DNA from: Octopus sinensis
Taxonomy: Eukaryota
Assembly: GCF_006345805.1 (NCBI RefSeq)
Contig: NC_043011.1
Coordinates: 38,886,464-38,950,463, forward strand
Reading direction: 5' to 3'
DNA length: 64,000 bases
The notes beneath the pieces were generated by a model. The model was not told the DNA's origin. It saw only the letters and a list, made by a program, of their open reading frames with translations, and searched no databases. Each line of letters begins with the position of its first letter. The stretch's first letter is position 1. Made by a program: the position numbers and the translations under genes. Below, piece after piece: positions 51,324-64,000 of the stretch.

Positions 51324-51486
51324 CACGACGGGTTTCTTTTACTTTCTGTCACCCAAATCCACTCACAAGGCTTCGGTTGGCTCGAAGATATAGAAGACAC
51401 TTGCTCAAGGTGCCACGCAGTGGGACTGAACCCGGAACCATGTGTTTGGGAAGCAAGCCACTTACCACATAGCTACTCCTGCGCCT
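51090..51486 (-). mobile_element. SINE family A
   Basis: Homology to other copies. Confidence 0.85.
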
Positions 51487-52213
51487 TTATTATATATATA
51501 AATATTTTAAAGTTCTGGCAATTATCATTATTATAACAGAATCTAAGGCGGTGAGCAAGCAAAACTGTTCCGGGTTCAATTTCCGTCGAGGTCATCTTTG
51601 CCGTTCATCCTTTCGGGGGTGGGGGTCGATGAAATAAATAAGCACCTGTCAAGAACCGCGATCGATTAAATTGACGGCGGAGATAAAGAATACGCACACC
51701 ACCCGTTTTCGGCGTAACAAAAACCCTAACCCCTAATTCTAACCTTCGCCAAATCAAGTTATCTCTTTCCCTGAAATTGCTGGCCTTGTGCTCATAGTGA
51801 AAATGATTATTATGGCAGTCTCGTTAGAGCAATGGGGAAAAATGCTTTTCAGAATTCAGTATTTCTCCTAGCTCTTCGCTGTTCTGAGTTCAAATACCGC
51901 TGAAGTTACCTGCTTTTCATTCCTCTGAACTCATAAAATAAAGCTCCAGCTCTAAGTACTTAAAGTTGAAGGCATCGACCAACTCTTCCCCTCGAAAAAG
52001 CTGGCCTTGTACATAAATCAGAAGCTATTCTTCACAAGGTGTCGGAAAGATGTTTTGCGATTCGAGTTCAAATCCCGACCAACTCAACTTTTCCTTTCAT
52101 GCACCTGAGGTCGATATAATGCTGTACCCAGCGAAGTACTGACCCATCCTCTCAAAACTGCTGGCCATGTTCTTAAATTGGAAACCATTACTATATTCAT
52201 TTTTGTATAGTCG

Positions 52214-52264
<51 letters not shown>

Positions 52265-52589
52265 GATCGATCGATCTATCTGTCTGCTATCGATCTATCT
52301 GTCTAGCTAGCTATCGATCTATCTGTCTACAAACATATATGTATATATATATGTGTGCGCGCGCACGTGTATGTGTGTATACGAAGGCGCAGGGGTTAAC
52401 CAAGTGATTAAGAGATTTGCTCCTTATTCGGAGTTTCGTGTTCAGTCCCACTGCATGACATGTTAGCCGTGTTTCTTCCGTGGGCTTGATCAATATTTCA
52501 TAACTGAAACTTAATCGATAAAAGCTGTGCAACTGCCTTTAACATACACACACACACGTATATATACTTCGGTTTGTATGTTTATGTGT

Positions 52590-52998
52590 ATACATATATG
52601 AGTGGCTGTGTGGTAAGTAGCTTGCTAAACAACCACATGGTTCCGGGTTCAGTCCCACTGCGTGGCATCTTGGGCAAGTGTCTTCTGCTATAGCCCCGGG
52701 CCGACCAATGCCTTGTGAGTGGATTTGGTAGACGGAAACTGAAAGAAGCCTGTCGTATATATGTATATATATATATGTATGTGTGTGTGTTTGTGTGTCT
52801 GTGTTTATCCCCCTAGCATTGCTTGACAACCGATGTTGGTGTGTTTACGTCCCCGTTACTTAGCGGTTCGGCAAAAGAGACTGATAGAATAAGTACTGGG
52901 CTTACAAAGAATAAGTCCCGGGGTCGATTTGCTCGACTAAAGGCGGTGCTCCAGCATGGCCGCAGTCAAATGACTGAAACAAGTAAAAGAGTAAAAGA
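52590..52998 (+). mobile_element. SINE family A, full length
   Basis: Homology to other copies. Confidence 0.9.
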
Positions 52999-53032
<34 letters not shown>

Positions 53033-53427
53033 TGGAAAATGTGTAAGATCCTAACACATTCAGGTACAGTCAGGTATATTAGAAAAAAGAAAAAGAATGG
53101 CTTCACAGGTAGTTCTAATGAGTTTAATTCATTATTTATTAGTTTTTTTAATAATATGGATCTATGAATTTAAATTTATATTACTAAAAACTTAAAGAAT
53201 TATAAATTACACTGATTAGAACTACGGGTGAAGTCATTCTTTTTCTGTTTTCAAATTGAAATTTCAACCTAATTTTCCCGTTTAATATTTACAATTTTTT
53301 TACAGTTTTATATATTATTCTATTATTATAATATTGTAAAAATTGTAAATAATAAAACGTGAAAATCAGACCAGCCTGGAATTTCATTGACTAATATATT
53401 CTTCTATACACCGTCATACTAACTCGT

Positions 53428-53662
53428 GTATGTATGTATGTATGTATGTATGTATGTATGTATGTATGTATGTATGTATGTATGTATGTATGTATGTATG
53501 TATGTATGTATGTATGTATGTCTGTATGGATGGATGGATGGATGGATGGATGGATGGATGGATGGATGGATGGATGGATGGATGGATGGATGGATGGATG
53601 GATGGATGGATGGATGGATGGATGGATGGATGGATGGATGGATGGATGGATGGATGGATGGA
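53428..53662. repeat. (TATG)n switching to (GATG)n
   Basis: Direct inspection. Confidence 0.95.
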
Positions 53663-53689
53663 TCTCTTCATATTAAAACACAACTGACT

Positions 53690-53925
53690 GGCATTCCGTT
53701 GGTTGCGAAGTCGACGATTCCAGTTGATGCGATCTACGTAAATTAACGTGCAAGTGGCTGAGTACTCCACAGACAACGTGACACAGAATGTGACCAGGCT
53801 GGGCCCTTTGAAATACAGGTACTACTCATTTTTACCAGCTGAGTGGACTGCGGCAACGTGAAATAACACGTTTGGCTCAACGACACTGCGCGCTGGTGCG
53901 GATTTGAACTCACAACCTTGCGATT
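53690..53925 (-). mobile_element. SINE, head C plus tail X, degenerate
   Basis: Matches 11380-11710. Confidence 0.65.
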
Positions 53926-54503
53926 ACTAAGACATGTACGTTCACTTTAAAAATATGACTAGCATTAAGATAAATGATTAATAAGGTGAGTGCCAGGCTG
54001 ACATAAATACTGCAAGTAATATGATTTCACTAAAAGCTGAAAGCCTTTGAAGATACGGTTCAGTGATCGAAATCCGTAAGGGCCGTAAGGTACAGGCATG
54101 GCGATGTGGATAAGGAGCTCGTTTTGCAACCATGTGGTTTCAGGTTCAGTCCCTCTACGCAGCACCTTATGCAAATGTCTTCTTCTATAGCCCCAGGCTG
54201 ATCAATGCCTCGTGAGTGTATTTGGTAGACGGAAACTCAAAGAAACCTGTCTGTATGTATGTACTTATGTATATATGTTTGTATGTATGTATATATGTCA
54301 TTATTCAGTTTATTTCGAGATTTCTTGTCAATAGAAAAGAGGCCGGTTTCTAGCCTATATCCAAGGCTCCTTGATTGGAATTTCAACATCAACAACAATG
54401 TATGTATGTATGTATGTATGTATGTATGTATGTATGTATGTATGGTATGTATGTATGTGCGTGCAGATTTGTATCAGGCATTTCTAGACATGCTCATATA
54501 TAT

Positions 54504-54962
54504 TTAAATGATAAACTTCTGGCAAGTTTTACAGATTTTTACGGTTCCAGTTTCTGGTTTCGAGAAGCCTAATTTCTCAAGATTGGTATTTAGGCAGTGT
54601 GCTACACATCCCACGGCCCTAATAATTACAGGTATAAACCTGAACTTATAGTCTGGATAGAGTAACTGCAGAGTTCTCAATAGTTCAGCATAGGTGTTCT
54701 CTTTTCCACTGATCTTCAGCTTTATGTTAACACCTGCTGGGCAGCTAATTTCCACAACTGTACGCAGTTTCTCTTCTCTATCCCAAATCATGTCAGATCT
54801 CTTGTGCTTACATTTTACTGAGGTCTTCACGGGTACATTCCACCAGTATTCCTTTTTATTACGAGTGGCTATGGCTTCTACCATATTGTGGGTTCTTATT
54901 TCTTTGTCCTCTTGATTATCCTTCCGAAAGATTTCATTATAGTGTCCTAGCCATAACATCAC
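54504..54962 (-). pseudogene. restriction-like endonuclease domain of an R4/Dong-type non-LTR element
   Basis: WWNVPVKT..KCKHKRSDMIWDREEKLRTVVEISCP...KENTYAELLR...FRFIPVII: decayed PD-(D/E)xK-type pattern. Confidence 0.8.
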
Positions 54963-55009
54963 ATCTCCTCGGTGTATGTATGTATGTATATATGTATGTA
55001 TATGGCATG

Positions 55010-55560
55010 TGAAGGCGCTTGGCTTAGTGGTTAGGATCTTGCACTCATGGATAGCAAGATCGTGGGTTCAAATCCCAGACCGGACTTTGCGTTATGTTCT
55101 TGAGCAAAGCACTTCATTTCAGTTTGCTCTACAATCACTTCTTCATTTGACATGTGGCACATGGTACACCTGTACAGGTAATGTCCATTTGATGGATGGA
55201 ATGAGCGTATGTCTACACAAACATTTGATCACTATAAACAAATCATCTGTGTGTTTGTTCAGCAAGAAACTGCCAAACCCCCATACGTCGCCTAACGACG
55301 GGAGAGTCCGTGATATATATGGTCTATTGCTTAGGACATTGCAACTCGCGATTGCTAGGTCGTGGGTTCAATTATTGGATCGGGTGGTGCGTTGTGTTCT
55401 TGAGCAAACCACTTCGTCTCATGTTGCTCTGCGATCATTTGCACACCTGACGCATGACACATTTGTGCACCTGTACAGGTAATGTCGGTTTGATGGAAAG
55501 AGTGAGCTAATATGCAGCACTTACACTGGATCGTTATAAACAAATCATTTGTACTGGTCG
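55010..55560 (+). mobile_element. two tandem SINE head C copies with a shared distinct tail
   Basis: Two copies of ...gtgttcttgagcaaa...cacctgtacaggtaatgtc...ataaacaaatcat. Confidence 0.7.
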
Positions 55561-55612
55561 TTCTGCAAAAGCTGAACTACTCACAGGTGGTCTTCGAGAG
55601 GGGATTCCATCG

Positions 55613-55654
<42 letters not shown>

Positions 55655-55659
55655 ACCGC

Positions 55660-56560
<901 letters not shown>

Positions 56561-56699
56561 TGCACGTATATATACATATATATGTAGGTATGTACATATA
56601 TGTATGTATTTATGCATATATTTATATATTTTACACACACACACACCACACACACACACACAACACACACACATATATATATATATATCACTGTGATCA

Positions 56700-56998
56700 C
56701 TGTGACCGACCAGGTTCTCAGATGTTGCTACACATCGCTGGTCACAATGCGCTTTGCATTGCTTTAGCCTTCAAGTGACGCCACCCCGCTGGCTAAGCGA
56801 GCAGGCCAACAGAAGAAAGAGTGAGAGAAAGTTGTGGCGAAAAAGTACAGCGGGGATCGCCCCCACCCCTGCCGGAGCCTCGTGGAGCTTTAGGTGTTTT
56901 CGCTCAATAAACACTCACAACGCCCGGTCTGGGAATCGAAACCGCCATCCTACAACCGCGAGTCCGCTACCTTAACCACTGGGTCATTGTGCCTCCAC
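56700..56998 (-). mobile_element. SINE, head D plus tail Y
   Basis: Matches 60893-61146. Confidence 0.85.
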
Positions 56999-57018
56999 AC
57001 ACACACACACACACACAC

Positions 57019-57062
<44 letters not shown>

Positions 57063-57871
57063 TTTGGTGATGCAAATAGAACTGTAAACTTAAGTGTATA
57101 TACATTTTTTACTAATAATTGGCAGAAGTTACGGAGGTTTTAAAAATTTGAAACCAGTTTGTTAAGTGCCAATGCACGACAATGTCGGCCCTTGAATTAC
57201 TTTGTAGCTTCTGCTGATTATTTATCAAAAAACGTGTGTGTGTGTGGATGTATATATTTATATATGTGCATGCGTGTGTGTGTTTGTGATATATATGTGC
57301 GTGCATGTATCTGTGTATCTGTTACCTCCCACACCACTTGATAACCGGCGTTGGTTTGTTTACTTAAGTTAGCGGTTCGACAGAAAAGTCCGACAGAATA
57401 AGAACGAAAGTTATCAAGAGAAAAAAAAAAGGGTAATACTTCCACCCCCACACCCATTTCCCCCCCAAATTTGTTTATTTTTCAAATTTTTTTTTTCCCC
57501 AAAAATCCCCGTTTTTGGATATGGAGGTTCCGGAAATTTGCCAAAAATCGGTATTGTTTTTTTGCAGATTCATATTTCCCATAGGGGAGTTTGTGTCGAA
57601 AAAAAATTTTGTTAAAGGGTGGGGGGGCGGAGGACGAGCGGAAGTCTTGCCGCAAAAAGTAAATAAATAAACATAGGTTTAAACTGGCGGTGCCTTAGCA
57701 TAGCCACAGCCTCAGGGCTGAAACGTACAAAAGAATAAAATATATTACTGTACAGGGTTTTGTTCAACTCGAACCCTCGAAGACGATGCTCCAGTATTGT
57801 CGTAGTCCAGTAAGTGAATCAAGTAAAAGATAAAATTGACACACACATACACACACTTAGACATATACATA

Positions 57872-57907
<36 letters not shown>

Positions 57908-57914
57908 TTCTTGT

Positions 57915-58149
57915 AAAGCCTAGCGAGGCTCATGGGCCCGGTTTCCCGGTTTCAATGGCGTGTGTTCCCCAGCTGGACAAGACGCCAGTCCATCGCAGCG
58001 TTACTCATTTTTGCCAGCTGAGTGGACTGGAGCAACGTGAAATGAAGTGTTTTGCTCAAGAACACAACGTGTCGCCCAGTCCAGGAATCGAAACCACAAT
58101 TCTACGATCATGATGCTGACACCCTAACCACTAAGCCACGCGCCTCCAC
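57915..58149 (-). mobile_element. SINE, head C plus tail Z, well preserved
   Basis: A-box tggcttagtggttag, B-box ggtttcgattcc. Confidence 0.85.
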
Positions 58150-58221
58150 AGACATATACATGCTGGCGCATAAATAAGATAAAGCTACAGATTGTCACAT
58201 CGCAATCATCTTTCATTTGGT

Positions 58222-59987
58222 AAGCATGTACCACGCTTTCGTTCACTGTTTTAGATGTCTATGTTGCCGTGAGCAGAAACGGAGACCTCCTTGGTCCTAC
58301 GACTCTTCGTTGACGAAAACCCTTTATGTGTCAGTCAGAGGGAGAAAGGGCTGTCCAGGTATTTGGCTGGCATTGTTCATTTCAGCTGAGCAAACCGGAG
58401 TAAAGCATGTACCACGCTTTCGTTCATTGTTTTAGATGTCTATGTTGCCGTGAGCAGAAACGGAGACCTCCTTGGTCCTACGACTCTTCGTTGACGAAAA
58501 CCCTTTATGTGTCAGTCAGAGGGAGAAAGGGCTGTCCAGGTATTTGGCTGGCATTGTTCATTTCAGCTGAGCAAACCGGAGTAAAGCATGTACCACGCTT
58601 TCGTTCATTGTTTTAGATGTCTATGTTGCCGTGAGCAGAAACGGAGACCTCCTTGGTCCTACGACTCTTCGTTGACGAAAACCCTTTATGTGTCAGTTAG
58701 AGGGAGAAAGGGCTGTCCAGGTATTTGGCTGGCATTGTTCATTTCAGCTGAGCAAACCGGAGTAAAGCATGTACCACGCTTTCGTTCATTGTTTTAGATG
58801 TCTATGTTGCCGTGAGCAGAAACGGAGACCTCCTTGGTCCTACGACTCTTCGTTGACGAAAACCCTTTATGTGTCAGTTAGAGGGAGAAAGGGCTGTCCG
58901 GGTATTTGGCTGGCATTGTTCATTTCAGCTGAGCAAACCGGAGTAAAGCATGTACCACGCTTTCGTTCATTGTTTTAGATGTTGTCGCGAGCAGAAACGG
59001 AGACCTCCTTGGTCCTACGACTCTTCGTTGACGAAAACCCTTTATGTGTCAGTTAGAGGGAGAAAGGGCTGTCCAGGTATTAGGCTGGCATTGTTCATTT
59101 CAGCTGAGCAAACCGGAGTAAAGCATGCACCACGCTTTCGTTCATTGTTTTAGATGTTGTCGCGAGCAGAAACGGAGACCTCCTTGGTCCTACGACTCTT
59201 CGTTGACGAAAACCCTTTATGTGTCAGTTAGAGGGAGAAAGGGCTGTCCAGGTATTAGGCTGGCATTGTTCATTTCAGCTGAGCAAACCGGAGTAAAGCA
59301 TGCACCACGCTTTCGTTCATTGTTTTAGATGTTGTCGCGAGCAGAAACGGAGACCTCCTTGGTCCTACGACTCTTCGTTGACGAAAACCCTTTATGTGTC
59401 AGTTAGAGGGAGAAAGGGCTGTCCAGGTATTTGGCTGGCATTGTTCATTTCAGCTGAGCAAACCGGAGTAAAGCATGTACCACGCTTTCGTTCATTGTTT
59501 CAGATGTTGTCGCGAGCAGAAACGGAGACCTCCTTGGTCCTACGACTCTTCGTTGACGAAAACCCTTTATGTGTCAGTTAGAGGGAGGAAGGGCTGTCCA
59601 GGTATTTGGCTGGCATTGTTCATTTCACCTGAGCAAACCGGAGTAAAACATGTACCACGCTTTCGTTCATTGTTTTAAACGAGGGACATATTCATACGGC
59701 ACAGAATGTTTTCACCTCAATAGACGTCATTGATTGGTTGAACTTGCAGAAATTGAAGAAAAAACAACAACAAATATCTTACAAACCATAGGATTTTCTC
59801 AGTAAAGCCAAGAGAAAAGGATGTTTTATAAACACATACTACCAGTATACGAAGTTTAAAAGTGTTAAGTTACGTTCATTGTTTTAGATGTCTATGTTGC
59901 CGTGAGCAGAAACGACTCCTTGGTCCTACGACTCTTCGTTGACGAAAACCCTTTATGTGTCAGTTAGAGGGAGAAAGGGCTGTCCAG
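58222..59987. repeat. tandem array: four 181-bp units, four 175-bp units, two partials
   Basis: Unit starts 58226, 58407, 58588, 58769, 58950, 59125, 59300, 59475, 59650; resumes 59873-59987. Confidence 0.97.
59678..59872. mobile_element. internal fragment of the GGATC MITE inserted in the array
   Basis: Matches about 62885-63082; no TIRs. Confidence 0.9.
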
Positions 59988-60157
59988 AAATTAAAGTGAG
60001 TTGCTCAAGGAAGGACATAAATGTGTTTTTCATCCGGTTGAGGAATCGAATCGCGGAGCTCATGGTCGTGAGTCGAGTAACTTTACCGCAAAACTATGTG
60101 TATTCTGAATCTAACCGCCCCCCCCCCGGTGCGCGCGTAAATATGTATGTAAATATT

Positions 60158-60532
60158 CGTGGCACTCCGTCTGTTACGACGACGAGGGTTCCAGTTGATC
60201 CGATCAACGGGCAATTAACGTGCAAGTGGCTGATCGCTCCACAGATACTTGTACCCTTAACATAGTTCTCGGGGTGGGGGGGATTCAGCGTGACACAGAG
60301 TGTGACAAGGCTGGTCCTTAGAAATACAGGTACAATAGAAACAGGAAAAAAGAGTGAGAGAAAGTTGTGGTGGAAGAGTACAGCGGGGTTCGCTGCCACC
60401 TCGTGCCAGAGCCTCGTGGAGCTTTAGGCGTTTTCGCCCAATAAACACTCACAGCGCCCGGTCTGGGAATCAAAACTGCGATCCTACGACCGCGAGTCCG
60501 CTTCCCTAACCACTGGGTCATTGCGCCTCCAC
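60158..60532 (-). mobile_element. SINE, head D plus tail X
   Basis: Matches 31663-32039. Confidence 0.85.
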
Positions 60533-60892
60533 ACAAACACACATTTATCTTATGTTTTTACTTGTTTCAGTCAACATTGAAGAATTTTTAATCGAATGAA
60601 TCATGCGACTATGCTGGAGCAATCCTAGTATTTTTTTTTCTTACGTCTGTTACTTTATTCTATGAATCTCTTTTGCTGAACCTCTAGCTTACAGGGACGT
60701 AAACGCACCAGAACCTGCTATCAAGCGGTGGTGAGGGACAAACATACACGCTCACATACATACGACGGGTTTCTTTTAGTTTCCATCTCCCAGATTTACT
60801 GACAAGGCTATATCAGAAGACATTTGCCCAAGAGACTGAATCCGGAATCATGTGGTTGAGGAAGCAAACTTCTTATCACATAGCCACGCCAG

Positions 60893-61146
60893 GCTATTAG
60901 ATGTTGCTACACATCGCTAGTCACAATGCGCTTCGCCACCCCGATGGCTAAGCGAGCAGGCCAACAGAAGAAAGAAGTGTGAGAGAAAGTTGTGGCGAAA
61001 GAGTACAGCAGGGATCGCCACCACCACCTGTCGGAGCCTTGTGGAACTTTTAGGTGTTTTCGCTCACAACGCCCGGTCTGAGAATCGAAACCGCGATCCT
61101 ACGACCGCGAGTCCGCTGCCCTAAACACTGGGCCATTGTGCCTCCA
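60893..61146 (-). mobile_element. SINE, head D plus tail Y
   Basis: Matches 56700-56998. Confidence 0.8.
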
Positions 61147-61619
61147 CTATATCTATCTATCTATCTATCTATCTATATTTATTTATATATATATATATAT
61201 GTGTGTGTGTATATAAACCCATAAGTTTAACAGGCGGTGCCCCAGCATAGCCACACCCTTAGGGCTGAAACGTATAAAACAATAAAAAAAAGTACTATAG
61301 ATGGGTACTAGGGTTCATTTGTTCGCCTCCAATCCTCGAAGATGGTGCTCAAGTGTGTGTGTGTGTGTACAATCCAGGGATCCACGTGTAGGACTGTGGT
61401 AAGCTTCAAATAATTTGGCAGTTTTTATAGAGGGCAAAAAAATGGACAATATACAATGAAATATATTTGACATCGTTAAGTTACGCACTTCTTTCCAAAC
61501 GGAACTTCGATAAGCTGTTTGTCTCCATGTGTAACTTACGGTCCAGCTACTTACGCTGCTAAAAATGCGAATATAAACACCAGCTTGCTCGTGTGTGTGT
61601 GTGTGTGTGTGTGTGTTGT

Positions 61620-62020
61620 TTTATTCTTTTACTTGTTTCATTCATTTGACTGCGACCATGCTGGAGCACTGCCTGAAAGGAATTTTTTTTTTTTTAGTCG
61701 AAAAAAATCGACTTCAGGATTTATTTTTTGTAAGCGTTAGTATTCATTCTACGCTTACAATGAATACTATCGGTCATTTTTTTTGGCCGAAACCGCTACC
61801 TTATTACAAGGACGCAAACACACCAACATCGGTTGTCAAGCGATGGTGAGGAAGAAAGACACCCACCCACCCACTCACATACACACTCCCCCCGCATATA
61901 TGACGTTCTTCTTTAAGTATCGTTCCGCCAAATCCACTCACAAGGCTTTGATCGTTCCAAGGCTATAGTAGAAGACACTGGCCTAAGGTAATTGGTAAGC
62001 AAGCTCCTTACCACACACAC
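61620..62020 (-). mobile_element. SINE family A, degenerate
   Basis: Homology to other copies. Confidence 0.7.
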
Positions 62021-62065
62021 AACACACACACAACACACACACACACACACAACACACACACACAC

Positions 62066-62097
<32 letters not shown>

Positions 62098-62104
62098 GCC
62101 TAAT

Positions 62105-62385
62105 GATTAGAGCAGCGGACTCACGGTCGAGGGATCGCGGGTTTGAATCTCAGACCGGGCGATGTGTGTGTTTATGAGCGAAAACACCTAAGCTCCACGC
62201 GGCTCCGGCAGAAGGTAATGGCGAACATTCTGCTGACTCTTTCGCCCACACCTTTCTCTCACTCTTTCCTCCTGCATCTTGCAGCTCACCTGCGACGGAC
62301 CGGCGTCCCGTCCAGGTGGGGGAACCTATACGCCAAGGAAACCGGGAAACCGGCCCTTATGAGCCAGGCATGGCTTGAAAAGGAA
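62105..62385 (+). mobile_element. SINE, head D plus tail Z
   Basis: cctgcgacggaccggcgtcc...gaaaccgggaaaccggccc tail. Confidence 0.8.
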
Positions 62386-62712
62386 CAAACAACACACACA
62401 CACACCACATACAGACAAACATGCATAACTACTTTAGCGATAAGAACATAGCGTAACAGCAACAGTAAACGAAAGACGAAATCAATGTCGAATTCTACAA
62501 AAACGGTTAAGTAGCAGGTCTCGTGGTGGTGGTGGTGGTGATAGGTTAGGGGGTGTGGTGGCAGGAGCGGATGGTTGTGGGAGGAGGGGTTTATTATTGT
62601 TTTTATTTCAGACGGTTAAACATCGACAGAGAAAGTAAAGAGATTCTCTCGCTGTAGTTAGTCCTGCTAATGCTCTTTCTTTCTTTTTTTTTTTTGTTCT
62701 TAGACATAAGGC

Positions 62713-63125
62713 GGATCTTTTCGGTTTGAACGGCAGTTTTTTTCTAGCGGTGTCATATGAAATTGTCACCCATAATTATGACCCTAGTATCGATCTATTG
62801 CATTTCAATCTGTTTTAGGGTTAGGGGCGGGGAAGGGTATCTTTTTTTTATTCACAAATGTAAATAAACCCAATCTGTTTCTTAAATGAGGGACATATTC
62901 ATACGGCACAGAATGTTTTCACCTCAATAGACGTCATTGATTGGTTGAAATTGCAGAAATTGAAGAAAAAAACAACAACAAATATCTTACAAACTATAGA
63001 ATTTTCTCAGTAAAGCCAAAAGAAAAAGATGTTTTATAAACACATCCTACCAGTATACGAAGTTTAAAAGTGTTTAGTTACGTGGAAATTATTTTAAAAA
63101 ACTGCCGTTCAAACCGAAAAGATCC
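62713..63125. mobile_element. GGATC-ended MITE, opposite orientation to 49821-50269
   Basis: TIRs ggatcttttcggtttgaacggcagtttt; 8-bp TSD cataaggc at 62705-62712 and 63126-63133. Confidence 0.9.
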
Positions 63126-63285
63126 CATAAGGCTAATAAATTTAAAGGAAGTTATTATTAAATCCTTTATTTTATTTATTTATTTATTTATTTTATAGTT
63201 TTTGTTGCAGACACAAGGCCTGAAATTTTGGAGGGCGGGGGTTTGTCTATTGCATCAATCCCAGTGTTTCATATTTATTTTATTG

Positions 63286-63446
63286 ATAGGCGCAGGAGTG
63301 GCTGTGTGGTAAGTAGCTTGCTTCCCAACCACATGGTTCCGGGTTCAGTTTCACTGCGTGGCACCTTGGGCAAGTGTCTTCTACTATAGCCCCGGGCCGA
63401 CCAAAGCCTTGTGGACTTGGTAGACGGAAACTGAAGGAATCCCGTC

Positions 63447-63486
<40 letters not shown>

Positions 63487-63681
63487 ATGTATATTTTTGT
63501 GTGTTTGCGTTTGTCTTCCTCAATATCGCTTGACAACCAATGCTGGTATGTTTACGTCCCCGTAACTTAGCGGTTCGGCAAAGGGAACGATAGAATAAGT
63601 CCTGGGGTCGATTTGCTCGACTAAAGGCATTGCCCCAGCATGGCTGCAATCAAATGACTGAAACAAGTAAAAGAGTAAAAG
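63286..63681 (+). mobile_element. SINE family A, full length
   Basis: Homology to other copies. Confidence 0.9.
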
Positions 63682-63801
63682 AAAGAATATTATAAACTTC
63701 AAGGGCCAAGTCGACCTTGATGGAATTTCAATTCAAAAATGGCTTCAAATTTTGGCACAAGGCCAGTAATTTTGGAAGGGGGAAAGCAAGTCAATTACAT
63801 C

Positions 63802-63970
63802 CACTAGCGTAGCTTGGGGGGGGGGGACGGTAGGGGCGGTCCACCCCAGGCGGTACTTTTAAAGGGGCGACACATTTGGGTCTGCTGCAGGCTATATGTG
63901 TTTTTTTTTTTGTGTGGTGACAAAAAATGGAAGGGCCGCCTGGGCGGCACACACTCTACCTATGCTAGTA
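63802..63970. mobile_element. hAT-type MITE (169 bp) inserted in a SINE B tail
   Basis: cactagcgtag...ctatgctagta ends; 8-bp TSD attacatc/attacatt. Confidence 0.75.
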
Positions 63971-64000
63971 ATTACATTGACCCTTGTATTCAATTGGTAC

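Noticed and set aside
58407-58616. Repeated 69-aa ORF as a tandem small-protein gene family
   Set aside because: ORFs overlap the next unit, with no promoter or polyA signal per unit; retained only as the exon-cassette hypothesis
58222-59987. Hammerhead ribozyme in the tandem unit
   Set aside because: Minus strand has GAAAGCGTG-gta-CATGCTT (stem III-like) and plus has TGACGA...GAAA, but neither has a correctly placed CUGANGA with a pairing stem I

Overview
Repeat-saturated, AT-rich animal genomic DNA, intronic or intergenic in character. The repeat families look like those of an octopus/coleoid cephalopod assembly (my recognition, not a database result). No complete gene can be supported, and nearly all ORFs in the supplied track are translations of microsatellites or SINEs. 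Contents: (i) over 20 copies or fragments of a tRNA-headed SINE with a central microsatellite (family A). (ii) A second tRNA-headed SINE (family B) inserted as monomer, dimer and trimer, each inside a single target-site duplication (TSD). (iii) Modular SINEs with two heads (C, D) and three tails. (iv) Fossil DNA transposons: hAT/Buster relic, two TSD-flanked hAT MITEs, mariner, pogo-like, two Helitrons, and GG-ended 8-bp-TSD MITEs carrying (CCCTAA)n. (v) Fossil retroelements: Tx1/L1 ORF1, R4/Dong-type, RTE 3' end, Penelope GIY-YIG, and Penelope-type mini-elements with minimal hammerhead-like motifs. (vi) Two long foldbacks, a ~42-bp minisatellite whose conserved core stacks kB/STAT/ETS-like motifs, a 181/175-bp tandem array with splice signals in every unit, and a 100-N gap. 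Several short exon-like islands are listed at low confidence only; neither their strand nor their product could be established. Family names A-D are my own labels and SINE boundaries are approximate.
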